DNA of 63,706 nt, counting the filler, from Sphaeroforma arctica JP610 (taxonomy: Eukaryota), in the NCBI RefSeq assembly GCF_001186125.1. It is 7 parts of 2 records of this genome, joined end to end, with 100 filler letters (N's around TTAATTAATTAA, not from the genome) between each part and the next. Parts side by side here need not be neighbours in the genome. Positions count along the whole stretch, not along the records: positions 7,101 to 30,282 come from NW_014040539.1; positions 30,383 to 41,501 come from NW_014040539.1; 5 more parts are not named here. One strand, written 5' to 3'. How positions within the stretch are numbered: position 1 is the stretch's first letter; every line of letters starts with the position of its first letter. The notes under the pieces were generated by a model, which searched no databases, had not been told where the DNA came from, and was given only the letters and a program-made list of their open reading frames with translations. Positions 24,468 through 37,075 of the stretch are shown in pieces. Position numbers and translations under genes: made by a program.

Positions 24468-24677
24468 TGCGCGTATACGTATACATGTATGATTCTAGTG
24501 CATGCGTAGATATATAGGGTATGCGCGTATACGTATACATGTATGATTCTAGTGCATGCGTAGATATATAGGGTATGCGCGTGTACGTATTCGTGTATGA
24601 TTCTAGTGCATGCGTAGATATATAGGGTATGCGCGTATAAGTATACATGTATGATTCTAGTGCATGTGTAGATATAT
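24468..24677. repeat. 54-bp tandem repeat (~4 copies)
   Basis: TGCGCGTATACGTATACATGTATGATTCTAGTGCATGCGTAGATATATAGGGTA. Confidence 0.9.
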
Positions 24678-25013
24678 GGATTGCGGGCTGATGGGCATTT
24701 CCAATTCTTCCGGCATCTAATAGATTTTTATAAAGACCTTGCATTTATGAAAATTCTTGTCCAAGTTAATAAATATCGGTACTTACGTCTGTGATAGTAA
24801 AAACAAACCCGTTTTTGTTTTTATTTCCTTTTGCCATCCGTGGTCGTTCACAACCTTGGCACAATTTGACCATATACAACCGACGCAAGCCATAAGAAGA
24901 ACTCACATTGTCACTCAAACCAATTCCGAGCAAAGCAAGCATACATACATGCGGATAATATACAAAACACCCAAGAAAAACCAGGTTTAGGCACATTCGT
25001 ACGACTCGTAGCT

Positions 25014-28000
25014 TTATATGTAATTCCATTTCTTCTGCCACCTACGGTCGTTCACGCTCCTGTCCACATTGCCATACACGAGCGATGCAAAGAGATGAAA
25101 GTACCATGCGTACGCACACAGCAGAAGCGCAACCGCCGCCACACGCACACGCGCCGACCGGAATACCCCCAGGAATATGTCCATGAAAGCCCCAAAGGCC
25201 AGGATCATGAAGTAGTGAGCTGGCAGATAGTGATGGAAGAACAGTTGCCTGCGGCAGGGTGTGGGATAGATATACGACTTGTAGGTGAGTGGAGAAGGGC
25301 CCGATTGGTTGGTAAATTAGAAGGGATGTATCTGTGAATACGATATAGGTTGAGTATGAAGTGGTGTTAAGCCCAGGCGAGCTATGATCGGAGATTCTCT
25401 CGAGTGATACCAATGCACAACCACATACAACGCTCACGGGTTCACAGATAGCTGGCATTCAAACCTCTGGTTAATCCCACATACGCTATTATAAACACAC
25501 ACGCACATACACACGCACGCCTACACGTACACACAAGAACATACCTGTGCATGAAGTAAAAGGGTACGTAGTGCAGAGCCCAACCGAGCCACAGGAACGC
25601 GGCCATCAAGAACTTCCTCTCCTTCTCCCCATCCATATCCACAAACCCTCGTTTGCGCCTGATCGCCCACACGCACAGCCACAGCACGTACACTATCGGT
25701 GCCAGCAGCACTGAGTAGAAGATGGCTGGGTTGCCGAGTAGGTAGATTTGCGTCATTTTGTCCCGGTTTTGCCAGTAGGATACCCCTCCCATGAGTGTGG
25801 GCCAGGCGTGGGGCCTGGACTCGTAGGGGTGCGATCCAGTCAACCGCATGTTTGCCTCCCAGGCTATAAATAGATTGTTTTGTAAAACGAAAAAAAAATG
25901 GTCTACAATCGATGTATACGAAAGTTTAGTGGGTAGTGAAAGACATGGATATCTGAACATGAAAAAGTCAGATCTAGTCAATCTACTACAAGTGCATGAT
26001 GAAAATAGCATATCACACCCTCTCCCCCCGCCCCCCAATGAGTACGGGCCAGGTGTGTCGGTGTGACTTGTAGTGGTACAAACCTGTTAGTCGAACTATC
26101 ACTTCCCTGGCTATAGAAAAACTACAGATCACGACTCTTTATTCTACATGTGTATACAGATTGAATTCGCAGATAGATTGCGAACAGACACTTGTACTTG
26201 TACGTGTGCATTTGTTTGCGAGTGTGTGCCTGGTCCTATATATATGTATTTATATATATATCATGTAGAACATACATATTTACAAATACGTATCACAGCT
26301 ACACTAGGAAATGACCATACTGTAACCCAAACATCACGCAGACTTCCAACTCTTCAGATACGATTCAAACACGGCATCACCTGCGACATAACCATCATAT
26401 CACTTAAAAACACGCATCGCCTAATAACCCCCAATACCTCCCACATCACACACCAATCTTCTGGATCTGCCACACGTCCTTAATGGATGTCCACAGACCG
26501 CTGCGGTCCTTAACCGGCGGCTTTAGGTTCACCTCTTTGCCGCGTTCTCGGACAAAATCGTCTAGTGTGAATGTCTGCAGGTCCATGCGTCTCTGGCCAA
26601 CCGGAGCACACAGTACCTACTCACCGCAGAGAAGGAGGCAGTATGAAAGGACAGGTACGCCCAGACATGAGTGCAGGTGTATATGTACACCCAGACATGA
26701 GTGTAGGTGTATATGTACACCCAGACATGAGTGTAGGTGTATATGTACACCCAGACATGAGTGCAGGTGTATATGTACGCCCAGACATGAGTGTAGGTGT
26801 ATATGTACACCCAGACATGAGTGTAGGTGTATAAGTACGCCCAGACATGAGTGTAGATGTATATGTACACCCAGACATGAGTGTAGGTGTATATGTACTC
26901 CCAGATATGAGTGCAGGTGTATATGTACGCCCAGACATGAGTGTAGGTGCTTATGTAAACCCAGACATAAGTGCAGGTCATATAGAAGTAGGTCTAAGAT
27001 AAGAAATGTTCATGTACAAGGTCAACAATGAGAATCCGTTTGCGTACAAGTAGCGAGTCCACAGGTCTGAGGTAAAGAGTGGTGATGTCAAAGGTGTGGA
27101 GTGACCGTCGATAAAGCCATGTGGCTCTGGCCAACTGAAGCAAAAAGGATCCAGATGAGGAGGCAAAAGATAATAACCAGTACACTCCGCCACAAGTATA
27201 GGCTCTGGTCCTGTCGTTCGACGATTTTACGGGTATATGCTCGTATACATGTATGTGCGTGTTCATATGTGACCGTGGATGTATTTAAATCAGGCCACAC
27301 TGAGGTTGTAACTGCTGCAGTATAGGATAGTGAGTGCTGAAGTGAAACACAGACGTGCGTGTCTCGATAAGGCCATGTTGGTACACAAGCTGTATGCCAT
27401 TCGTTTGCCATTCCTTGAATGTTAACTCGCCTCGCCGTTTCTGTGGCCTTTCTGTATGATATTCGCACAATGTCAACCGTATTGAAAATACAAACACACA
27501 TACGTAAACGTTTCTGATTATTTTAACTTTAGACTCACCTCTTTGATATTCGCACAACGTCAACAGCATTAAAAATACAAACACATATACGTAAAACGCT
27601 TCTAAATCTTTCAGTTTGGCCTCACCTCGCCGTTTCTGTGGCCCCAGTCGGGAAGTTCCTCTTCCGACATGGACAGTGCGCACCCGGTGATCTCATGGAT
27701 GAGCATGAACTTGGATCCTTGTACAAGCTTGGGCTGTTCATGATATACGGAACAGGACAAGAAGATGAGACATTGCTAGCCTATCTGTAGGTCTAGATAA
27801 ATATGCAGAACTGTGTATGTACGATTGAGATAAAACACACCCAATTTCATGGATGAGCATGAACTTGGATCCTTGCACCAGCTTGGGCTGTTTGTGATAT
27901 ACGGAACAGGACAAGAAGATGCGACATTGCTAGCCTATCTGTAGGTCTAGATTTGTATGCAGAACTCTGTATGTAGGATTGAGATAGAACCCACCCAATT

Positions 28001-30233
28001 TCATGGAAAAGCATGAACTTGGATCCATGTGCCGGCTTAGGCTGTGCGTAGAATATAGAGGCAGATAGATATTTTTTTATAGACATTAATAGCATATCAG
28101 TATATCTAGATATATGTGAAGAAGTATGTATGTTCCATTGAGATAGGGCGCCCCGGTAATTCAATAGATGAGTGTGAATTTGGAATCTTGTACCAACTTA
28201 GGCTGTGCGTAGTACATAGAATAAGCAACGAAAAATGGAGATACTCCTAGTGTATCAGTATATCTAGATTGGTACAAGCATTGCGTAAGTTCTATTGAGC
28301 TAGAGCGGTATGTGTGCATCCGGTGATTCCTTGACCAGTCATGCACTTGAATCCTTGTGGGGGCATCTATCCCAATTCTAGGCGGAAAACAAATACCTAT
28401 AGAACAACCACCAAATGTCTACAGTAGAGTCTCCATAGACTTTAAGTGGAAAACAAATAGCTATAGAACAACCACCAAATGTCTACAGTAGAGTCTACAT
28501 AGACTGTGCGTGGGAAATATAGACATACGTAGGTTGCAGGTGTTGCTAGTGCTATAAACTATGCACAGTCATGCGAATAGAAGAATAGACGCGTACATTG
28601 GAACAGCTATGTACATTTGTGACCATCAAATCCCTCAAGTAAGTGTGTGGACGAGAGGAAACTTCGATTCTCGATTTGGCCTGTGCCGGACAGCATACAA
28701 GAGAGTGGAGGGGCATTTATCCACTTCTTTGTGGTCTGAGGAGGGGTTATTTGTTGACATTATGTGCATCCCGTTTAACATGACACAAAACACGTCACAT
28801 ATTTGAATACTGGACACAGACATATCTCTAAGAGTATGTATGAGTTCAGTATCAAAAACAATCCCCAGGATATACCGAAGAAAGCCATCACTTGGTGCTA
28901 GTGATATGCGCTAGCGATATATCTANNNNNNNNNNNNNNNNNNNNNNNNNNNNNNNNNNNNNNNNNNNNNNNNNNNNNNNNNNNNNNNNNNNNNNNNNNN
29001 NNNNNNNNNNNNNNNNNNNNNNNNNNNNNNNNNNNNNNNNNNNNNNNNNNNNNNNNNNNNNNNNNNNNNNNNNNNNNNNNNNNNNNNNNNNNNNNNNNNN
29101 NNNNNNNNNNNNNNNNNNNNNNNNNNNNNNNNNNNNNNNNNNNNNNNNNNNNNNNNNNNNNNNNNNNNNNNNNNNNNNNNNNNNNNNNNNNNNNNNNNNN
29201 NNNNNNNNNNNNNNNNNNNNNNNNNNNNNNNNNNNNNNNNNNNNNNNNNNNNNNNNNNNNNNNNNNNNNNNNNNNNNNNNNNNNNNNNNNNNNNNNNNNN
29301 NNNNNNNNNNNNNNNNNNNNNNNNNNNNNNNNNNNNNNNNNNNNNNNNNNNNNNNNNNNNNNNNNNNNNNNNNNNNNNNNNNNTGGTATGGCCTTTGCAT
29401 CTGACACTTCGCGACACAGACTGTGCTTGTGGCTTCCATACAATTTTTGGCCTGTAGTAGACATCTACCCACAGACAGTGGCAACTACCCAATGCCAGAG
29501 AAGTACGTCCACGCTTGTGACTCGCAAGCAAATGAGTATATATTCACACCTACGCATTTTATACATATATAACCTACTCCACACCAGCACAATTCCATAC
29601 TATATGTACAAACATGCATCCTATATTAGTAAAACTTGTATTCACATCGTGTAGTACACTTAAGTAAAGCTCAGTACTACAAATATACGAGTACAACATA
29701 TACCGTACAATACATAAACATATTATACATGCTCCGTACAATATATATACATATAATACATAAAACGTACTATAAACATACATATACATGCACCGTACAG
29801 TATGTATACATATAATACAAATACCGTTCTATAGATATACATATAGTACATGCACCATACAGTATATATACATATAATACACATGCCGGTGAAATATACA
29901 TACATACAATACATCGACTGTCAAAAAAAGATATATATCTATCTATATATATATATATGTATATACATAAATACAACCTATCAATTCATACATACAAATT
30001 GTGAAAGCAAGTACTACCTGGTCAATCCTGGCCGGGCCCTTGCCCTTAGAGTTCAGTCTCTTGGTCGGCTTCTCATTCATTATATCAATGCGCCAGGTGT
30101 GTCCATGGCCCTCATTCCCAGACACTTCCAGCCTCCCGTTATTAGTCCTATTTTCGTACGTCTCGCCTGATACTGGGGCGGGGTACCCGTGGACATACAA
30201 GCCCTTCTGAGTCAGTGCATGCTCGAGATACAC
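25014..30233 (-). CDS. Dolichyl-phosphate-mannose:protein O-mannosyltransferase (PMT/POMT), 3' part, 5 exons
   Basis: Exons 30233-30018, 27733-27626, 26616-26454, 25863-25545 and 25248-25014 are phase-consistent. MIR motifs (VYLEHALT, FMLIHEITGCAL..LPDWG..EV), HPYESRPHAWP, IYLLGNP, GWALHYVPF..RQLFFHHYLPA, stop at 25014. Confidence 0.93.
26655..26980. repeat. 30-bp intronic minisatellite (~11 copies)
   Basis: GTAC(A/G)CCCAGACATGAGTG(T/C)AGGTGTATAT. Confidence 0.92.
27693..28365 (-). repeat. ~154-bp repeat of PMT acceptor plus exon start
   Basis: Acceptor CAG at 27734 (real), 27888, 28042 and 28203, each followed by a copy of the PKLVQGSKFMLIHE-coding sequence. Divergence increases with distance from the exon. 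Confidence 0.9.
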
Positions 30234-30629
30234 CTGTTTGTATTTGTAAGGTAAGGAACACGAATGTATAGGAGATGAGTGANNNNNNNNNNNNNNNNNN
30301 NNNNNNNNNNNNNNNNNNNNNNNNNNTTAATTAATTAANNNNNNNNNNNNNNNNNNNNNNNNNNNNNNNNNNNNNNNNNNNNGGGCATATAATTTAATGT
30401 TGTTGTTTTTTTCGGTAGAACCAAGAAATGGAAATATTCCTCAAGGCCCTCTGGAAATGTCTGGTCGAACAGCAAATTTGGAAAACAGCAAGTTCTCTCC
30501 GACGGAAATTACCATTTGTCCGAATTGCCTTTTGACCGCGTCATCATTCAGAGAGGGCCGTGCATTTCTTATCGTCTATTAAATATGTTTTTGATCATAT
30601 TGTAGTCAATTTTTATTTTAGATATACAT

Positions 30630-31000
30630 GTATAGACGCACTACCAGCTAAGGCAGCAGCCGATGTATCCAATATGGCACTCGGTGGTGTTCTGTATATT
30701 ATTGATGGAATCTGAGATACGTATAATTCTTCAGCAGATCCATAAACTCAACACAATGTTTTAGCTACCCCACTAAACAACAATTGTATCTTTTTGCTAT
30801 TATATTAGCACTCACTCAATTCAAGGATTGGTTGTACTTTAATATACTATGGGATCAAAAATGTCCCAAAATTTAAAGGGCATGAAACAAACCCCCAATT
30901 GGTTAGTCAGTGACAAGCAAACCCGATTTTAAAGTCATTCATATTTTAATGTAACCGATATTCCTGGTATACATGATCATCTACCGACTTTTTTACCCAG
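30630..31000 (+). mobile_element. Decayed Ty3/gypsy-like RNase H remnant
   Basis: DVSNMALGGVLY..FFSRSINSTQ..YP...LFAIILALTQFKDWLY..IPG resembles the gypsy RNase H DASxxALGAVL / FFSR / ELLAI motifs. Frameshifted. Confidence 0.55.
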
Positions 31001-31819
31001 ACTGCAAACCAGCATCGAGTAAATATAGATGCCTATGAAATACAGAGTTACCATGAGCGCTGTTGGTATCATTGAACCCGTCGCGGTCGTTAATACCCAT
31101 GGAGCCTGTCGCACTGTCCTGACCGGCGGCTCCGGTCGGACCCTTTGCCCCGGTGTAAGATTCGGTCTAATAAAGGCGATACCAATGCCTTAGAATAAAT
31201 AAACGCGTAGGTAAATTCGATATATCGTGTAAATATCGATATAAATAAACGAAATGAGACGTTTAATAAAGTTAGGTTTGCCTCGTGAAAACAGCAATAC
31301 TCTGAGGGATTGTGAGGCTGAGACATTGCCTATATATAATCCTCTCAGTACTGTTTCCGCCGAAGGGGTTTTATTTAGTGTTTCGTTGTCGCTCTATTAG
31401 AAACTATGGTATGTTTCGAAACACTGGGGCGAATCCGAGAGACTCATAAAATCCTATCTTTAGAAAAAAAGAAATATAAAAAAATACTCTTGACGTCTTT
31501 AGTCATTGTCTTAACCAATAGCTTGCCACTATCAAGAATTACCGACTTAGCCTTCATCAGACTGGCACATCTGGTTGGCTTATCAGAGGATCAACTAGGT
31601 AACGCTATTAGTCCCTAGAAACATATATTCGGTTGAGCCATCTCGCTACCGAAGTATTCAGATATAAATAAAATTGGAAAGTAAATAAAGCTCTATTAAT
31701 AGAACTAGACCAACTCTTTTTATGTTTGGTATTCTACTGAGGCCTTTTAATGGCCTCATCCAAATATCTGATATGTTAAATGGAAAAGGTTTAATTAATA
31801 AAACCATTAAAACCCATTT

Positions 31820-31965
31820 TAGGAAACTTGAGTTCCTCGTGCTATTAAGAGCACATTTAGGAGACTTAAGTGCCCCGTACTATTAAGAGTACATTTAGGA
31901 AACTTAAGTTCCTCGTACTATTAAGAGTACGTTTATAATTTGCGTACTGCTTAAGAGTACGTTTA
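31820..31965. repeat. 38-bp tandem repeat
   Basis: AGGAAACTT(A/G)AGT(T/G)CC(T/C)CGT(A/G)CTATTAAGAG(T/C)ACATTT x3 plus partial copies. Confidence 0.85.
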
Positions 31966-32449
31966 TACATAGAGTCTAATGTGGAGGCCCGGCTTATTAC
32001 ACCGGTTGAACCGTCTAAACGCCTAAAGATCACAGATACTATTAGTACAATGATTTGCGTACTATAAATATATTAGCTATGTACTAGAATGCGCAGCTGC
32101 CGCAATACTACCCACTGAAATTGATATTTCAAATCAACTTCTCATCTGAGAACACAGTAGGCAAAATCTACCGCGTTGGTTGCATCTAATATTCTACCAT
32201 CGAACGTTGTGCTACCCTTTAGAAGACATTTATAAATAGGTATCTTAACAAATTGATATTAATGACCTAATGTGCGACAGTCGATATGAATAGTGCCCGG
32301 AGAGTTCATAAGTCACCTTGGCGACGTACTACACTATAGTTTGGCGGATTTTCACAGATGGAACACAATTCGAATAGACGTCATCAAAAATCTTCAAACG
32401 AAAGATAAAAGAATCCACTCTTTTTAGCAACATCAAAATGTTAAGGGGG

Positions 32450-33000
32450 CCAATCGTATACACCTGCAGTATGTGTTACTGAAATAAAAACTGAGCCCAT
32501 AGAATCAATGAAACGCGCACACAAGGCACAGCATGTATTCTACAAGATTATTCGGGCACACAGTGCCGCTCCTTACAAAGATAAGACCAGGCTATTTGAT
32601 TAGTTAATAATCGATCTTTCAAAAGTAGTATCTGATCACGTTATTCAACTAATAGACGAAAAAACCAAACAACAGTCGTATATTTACCTTAAAGTCAGTA
32701 CAAGTGACGATGTAGCGTATATGTACAGATCACACTGAGAAGGATTTTGTACACTCGAATATTGAAAGCAATTTATATCTTAATTTTGGCTGATCAACTA
32801 AAGTATACACTACCAACGGTAGCTATTTAGTTTACTGGGGACAATATTATAACGATACCAATACATATTGCACGCGCATATCATAAAATGGGTATTCCAT
32901 ATAAACCTTTCACACAAAGCACAAAGTGCGAACGAGGTGAGAAACGATTGAGCGTTACTTGATGATGCTGACTTGTGACCAAATTTAATTCACTAAATAT
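32450..33000 (+). mobile_element. Highly decayed integrase-like remnant
   Basis: ..RLFD*LIIDLSK..VIQLIDEKTK..IYLK and KMGIPYKPFTQ..CERGE resemble retroviral-type integrase core segments. Confidence 0.3.
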
Positions 33001-33099
33001 GAACCTAAATAAACGAGACACATGATTATGTCATTGGCAAAACGCTCACTCAGTATTTAAAGGGCCTTAATAGTGAAATACATATTGCATATTGTACTT

Positions 33100-35971
33100 T
33101 CCACAAAACAAATATCCATCGAGGGGAAACACATAGTGATTTTCCCGTGGTTTGTTGTGATGTCAACCAGAGTAAATGCCTACTGCTGTATCGCCAAGCT
33201 CTTCATCTCTGAACGTGCTGATTCCTTCCAATCGGCTGCGTTTGGCATCTCATATTTACCTTTGTATGTTTTCGGTTCCATTGCTGAAATTGCTGAATTA
33301 ACAGTGTGCTTAGTGCTGAGATATCGTCTTTTACGGCGGCTGTCGTAGTATCAGTTGACATTCAACAATCGCAAGGTCTCACAGTTCTCGAGAGACTTGG
33401 CAACCTTCTGTCGTTCTTTTAGCTATGGTTGCTTCGAGATCGTGTTGTGTTTTGATGGTCGCTGCGGAAGCCTCTGACTCACCGGTATGTATTCGCTCTC
33501 CGCAAGTTGTTGTTTTGTTCTGAGTTGCTTGACTTTTGCGTCACAGTTGGCTGGGCTCGTTGGCTAAGCATATCTTCCACTGTCGATGTTGTCCTTGCGT
33601 CTATTCGGAAATCGCTATTCTCGATTTGGAGGAATGTATTATTGTTCATAGTGTCCGGTAGTACAATGGCAGTTGTACATTTGTTGTCTTCCCAGACAAA
33701 AACAAATCGTCTTCGAATATATAGACCTCTCGGCTTTGTATTATACGCTTGGTCAGAGGTGAGTTTATACGATACGAGTCCGGTGTTGTGTCTAAGGGTT
33801 GCGCAATCGTCGAATTTGCCGTCTGAATTACAATTCTTGTATGCGAAATGACACCCGAATATTCTGAACATATCTATCGGAAATGCGTATCCTGTAAATT
33901 TCTCGTATGGAGATGAGCTCTTCTCGTTGGTGGGTATAGCAATATATATGTTGGTAGCTTGAATTAGTGATTCAGCCTATATAGTAGTCGGTAGAGGTGC
34001 ATACTTCAGTTGTGCAAGCATTCTAGGAATCAGTGTACCATGCAGTCTCTCTACCTTGCCATGATATTGTGGCGTGGCCGTAGGTGCGTACCTTGAGCAG
34101 TATCCCAAACACGCAAGCATGCGTCTAGTTACTCTTGCTGTAACTTGTGAGCCTCGATTTATTTGTACACACTGACCTCGGCGAGGAGTTGAAATATACC
34201 ATTCATCGAATGTGTGTACATAGTATCAAGAATTGTTGATGCTTTCAGGTCGCGGATCGGAAATTCATTGGCCATGCTAGAAAAGTCGTTTGATACAGAG
34301 TGGGTGTTGGATCCTATTGATGTTGCGAACGGTCCAATTATGTCCACGAAGACTAACTCGAGAGGCTCTGTGGCAGGTTCGTGCTGTCATTCTTTGTTGT
34401 ATTCTTGTTCTTCTTCTTAGCAATAGTGCATGCTTTACATCGTTCCTCTGGTTACCTTGCGTAGTGTAAATATTTTGGGACGTAGCTGGGGTGCGCGAGC
34501 CTGTTACAGTGCCATGAAATCTGGTTGGCTTTCTCCAGCGATGGTTCCACTGTAGTCATAACTATATTGTCGATGTGCACGCAGTATATTCTGTGCCTTT
34601 CATGTACTGTTTTGGTTCCAAAGCTTGGTAGTAATATGTACACTATGTTGTTGGTGAATCCAATTGAGTAGTGTTGTGCTGAGAGCAGGCTGATACTTAG
34701 TAGTGCAGTTTTATCAGAATGTCACATCGATGAATACGTCCGCCAAGTTTCCTAGCTGAGCCACATACTTCGGATAAATGATTGTACCATCAGCTACTTC
34801 GGTCATTAATGCGCACGTTGCGAACGAGATGATGCTTTTGGTACTTATAGGGAAGTATGTGTATGGTGGCGCAACTATCGCAAGCTAGTCAGCACCCACC
34901 TCTGAAATCTCTGTCCGATTGATTATCCACCTCCTTGTTGTCAATTGTAGGATTAATCGTGGAGAATACAATCTGTCTCTTAGCAGGTAGCAGCTGGTTA
35001 TCGGATACTTATGCTGACATTGTTTTGTCCTGTCTGCCTTCATGATCTTGGCGTCGATTGCTCTGGGATCGGTATGTTCTGTCACTGTCTTGTGAACATC
35101 GTATATATCGTGAATATCTACCATCGTCGTAGTCGCGTCGATTGTATCTATCTACTCGGTAGTACTGTCGGTCATGATCATCGTGCTTATCGTAGCGGTA
35201 TTGGTAGCGGTTGTTTCTGTTGTATCGTTCCTCACGTGTATGGTAGCCACGATTTGAATCAGATCGCTTATGCTTGTTGTTCTACATGGACATATATCTG
35301 TACTCTCATACGTCGTATATCTATAGTCTCGTATGTCGTGACGAGGACCAGACTTGTCAATCCGTCGATCGTAAGGTTTACGACCGTCGTGGTCACGACC
35401 CTGATTATATGGGTCACCAGCAACGCGATGAGATACGTGGTGAGCTCGCCATACGACATGACCATCGTAGTGGGTGTCTTCAACGTAATCTTAACAGTAT
35501 TATTATTGTCGTTTACAGCCTGCCGTAAAATATCGCATAGACTGTTGTTGGACTTCGAACCTCCGGCATTTTTTTTTGAATTCACAAATGCCGTGTTGAG
35601 ACGACTAATACGATTGGCGTAAGATTCCTTCCGGTCTTGCGTGATGTGGTTCAGTTTCCCTTCTAATCATCATCTTCGGTCAGGGCTTCAAACTTGCGTT
35701 GCAGTGCGGCGACAGCTACCCACGGCATATCAATGAATTGGCTGATATCCGTCTGCAGTATTGGAAATAAGGTGCGGTTGATAATCCGATAAGCCTCAGA
35801 TATTTCCTTGGGTGTCCATCGGTGGCCTCTAGACGGAGTCGGATCGGTTAATATTGTTGGAATTTCTTCACAATTCACGGATAGAATGATCTGAGTTTTC
35901 CAAGGAAGCCAGTCGGCCTTCGTTTCGAGGATAGTGGTGATCTTAATATCCTTAAAATTTACAGTAGGCAT
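33100..35971 (-). mobile_element. Degenerate Ty1/copia-like element (gag plus integrase)
   Basis: Gag-like ORF 35971-35663 (ILETKADWLPWKTQI..LQRKF). WHCNRLAHPS..CKACTIAK zinc finger (about 34515-34415), EPLELVFVDIIGPF, TPQYHGKVER and SPYEKFTG..MFRIFGC, the copia LRVFGC signature. Many stops and frameshifts. Confidence 0.8.
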
Positions 35972-36940
35972 ATTGATAGCGCGAGATGAGAGTGACCTGA
36001 TAGGTTGTTAGAGTGCAATTTTGTGGACTTTAAAAAAAAGTGCAAATGTATGTATTTATTTCTGACCTCATCTTTGGTTTTAAATATAAGGTGTTTGTAC
36101 TAGTGTTCAGCCATATAGGCTGGCCAGGGTAAAAACTCATATGGTCAGTTTGAGAAACCTCCTACATATATCTTTAACACTTCGATGGTATTCTAATTCG
36201 ACTTCTCTGCAACTAAATATCAAGCAGATCACATGATGCCTGTTTTAGGGAACCGCCTCTATTTTTAGAATGTTGCGATTGGCAGACTTAATCCACTCTC
36301 TAGAGTTGGTTGAGAAACTTAATCTGCTCTCGGGAGTCGGTTAAGTATTTCTCAACTCTCGGGAGTGATTTTAAAAGCAACTTGATTAGCTCTCGGGAGT
36401 GAGCTAATTCTGATAACTTCTATAAATCAAAGGGGGTTTCTTGCTGTAAAATCTGGCCTGAGACCTGTAGTCTCTCAAAAAGGTCATAAGATTAAAGAAT
36501 CATTATGCTTACCATCGAGAGCCTTCAGGATTGACTAAACCCCAAAATGTAGCAGAGTAACCGAGTAAATTACAATAAATAATAAGACAATATTATATGA
36601 TCGAACTCCGTTTCTCTTTTTGACACTGTGTGATTGAAACCACATACGACAACATTCAATTTTTAAGCTGAGGCGGGGCTGTGTAAAGTAGCGGGTTCGT
36701 GAAATAGTAAAAGCCCATGTTTTCCACTAAACATTGAATTATATGCAAGACAGGGACTTAGCAAAAATAAAGACCTGGTATGTTTGCAAATACTCACAGA
36801 GCAAGATGATCTGTTTGGACAAAATCAGCACTGTCATCATTCTGCTCAGATACAATACCAGTTTGGTACCCAGAGAAGGATGGTTCAATAACAGGTGCCA
36901 TGAGGTGTCAAAACATGGTTCACTGACAGGTATTATGACC

Positions 36941-37071
36941 TGTCAAATAAGAGTTCACCACAATAAGCCATGCTTTTGTAACTTACGTGTGACTCCATAA
37001 TCCATATGCATAGGAGATGTATATATAAAAGCCTCCGTAGAGGTCTAAATAAAGTCACTCTCCACTTAACA
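36941..37071 (+). mobile_element. Candidate 5' LTR of the downstream copia
   Basis: TG...CA bounds with a TATATAAA box (~37022) and AATAAA (37048), immediately before the gag ATG. No second copy is available to confirm. Confidence 0.3.
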
Positions 37072-37075
37072 TATT

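Noticed and set aside
31100..31450. Possible solo LTR (TG start, AATAAA and TATA motifs)
   Set aside because: No second copy, target-site duplication or clear CA end.
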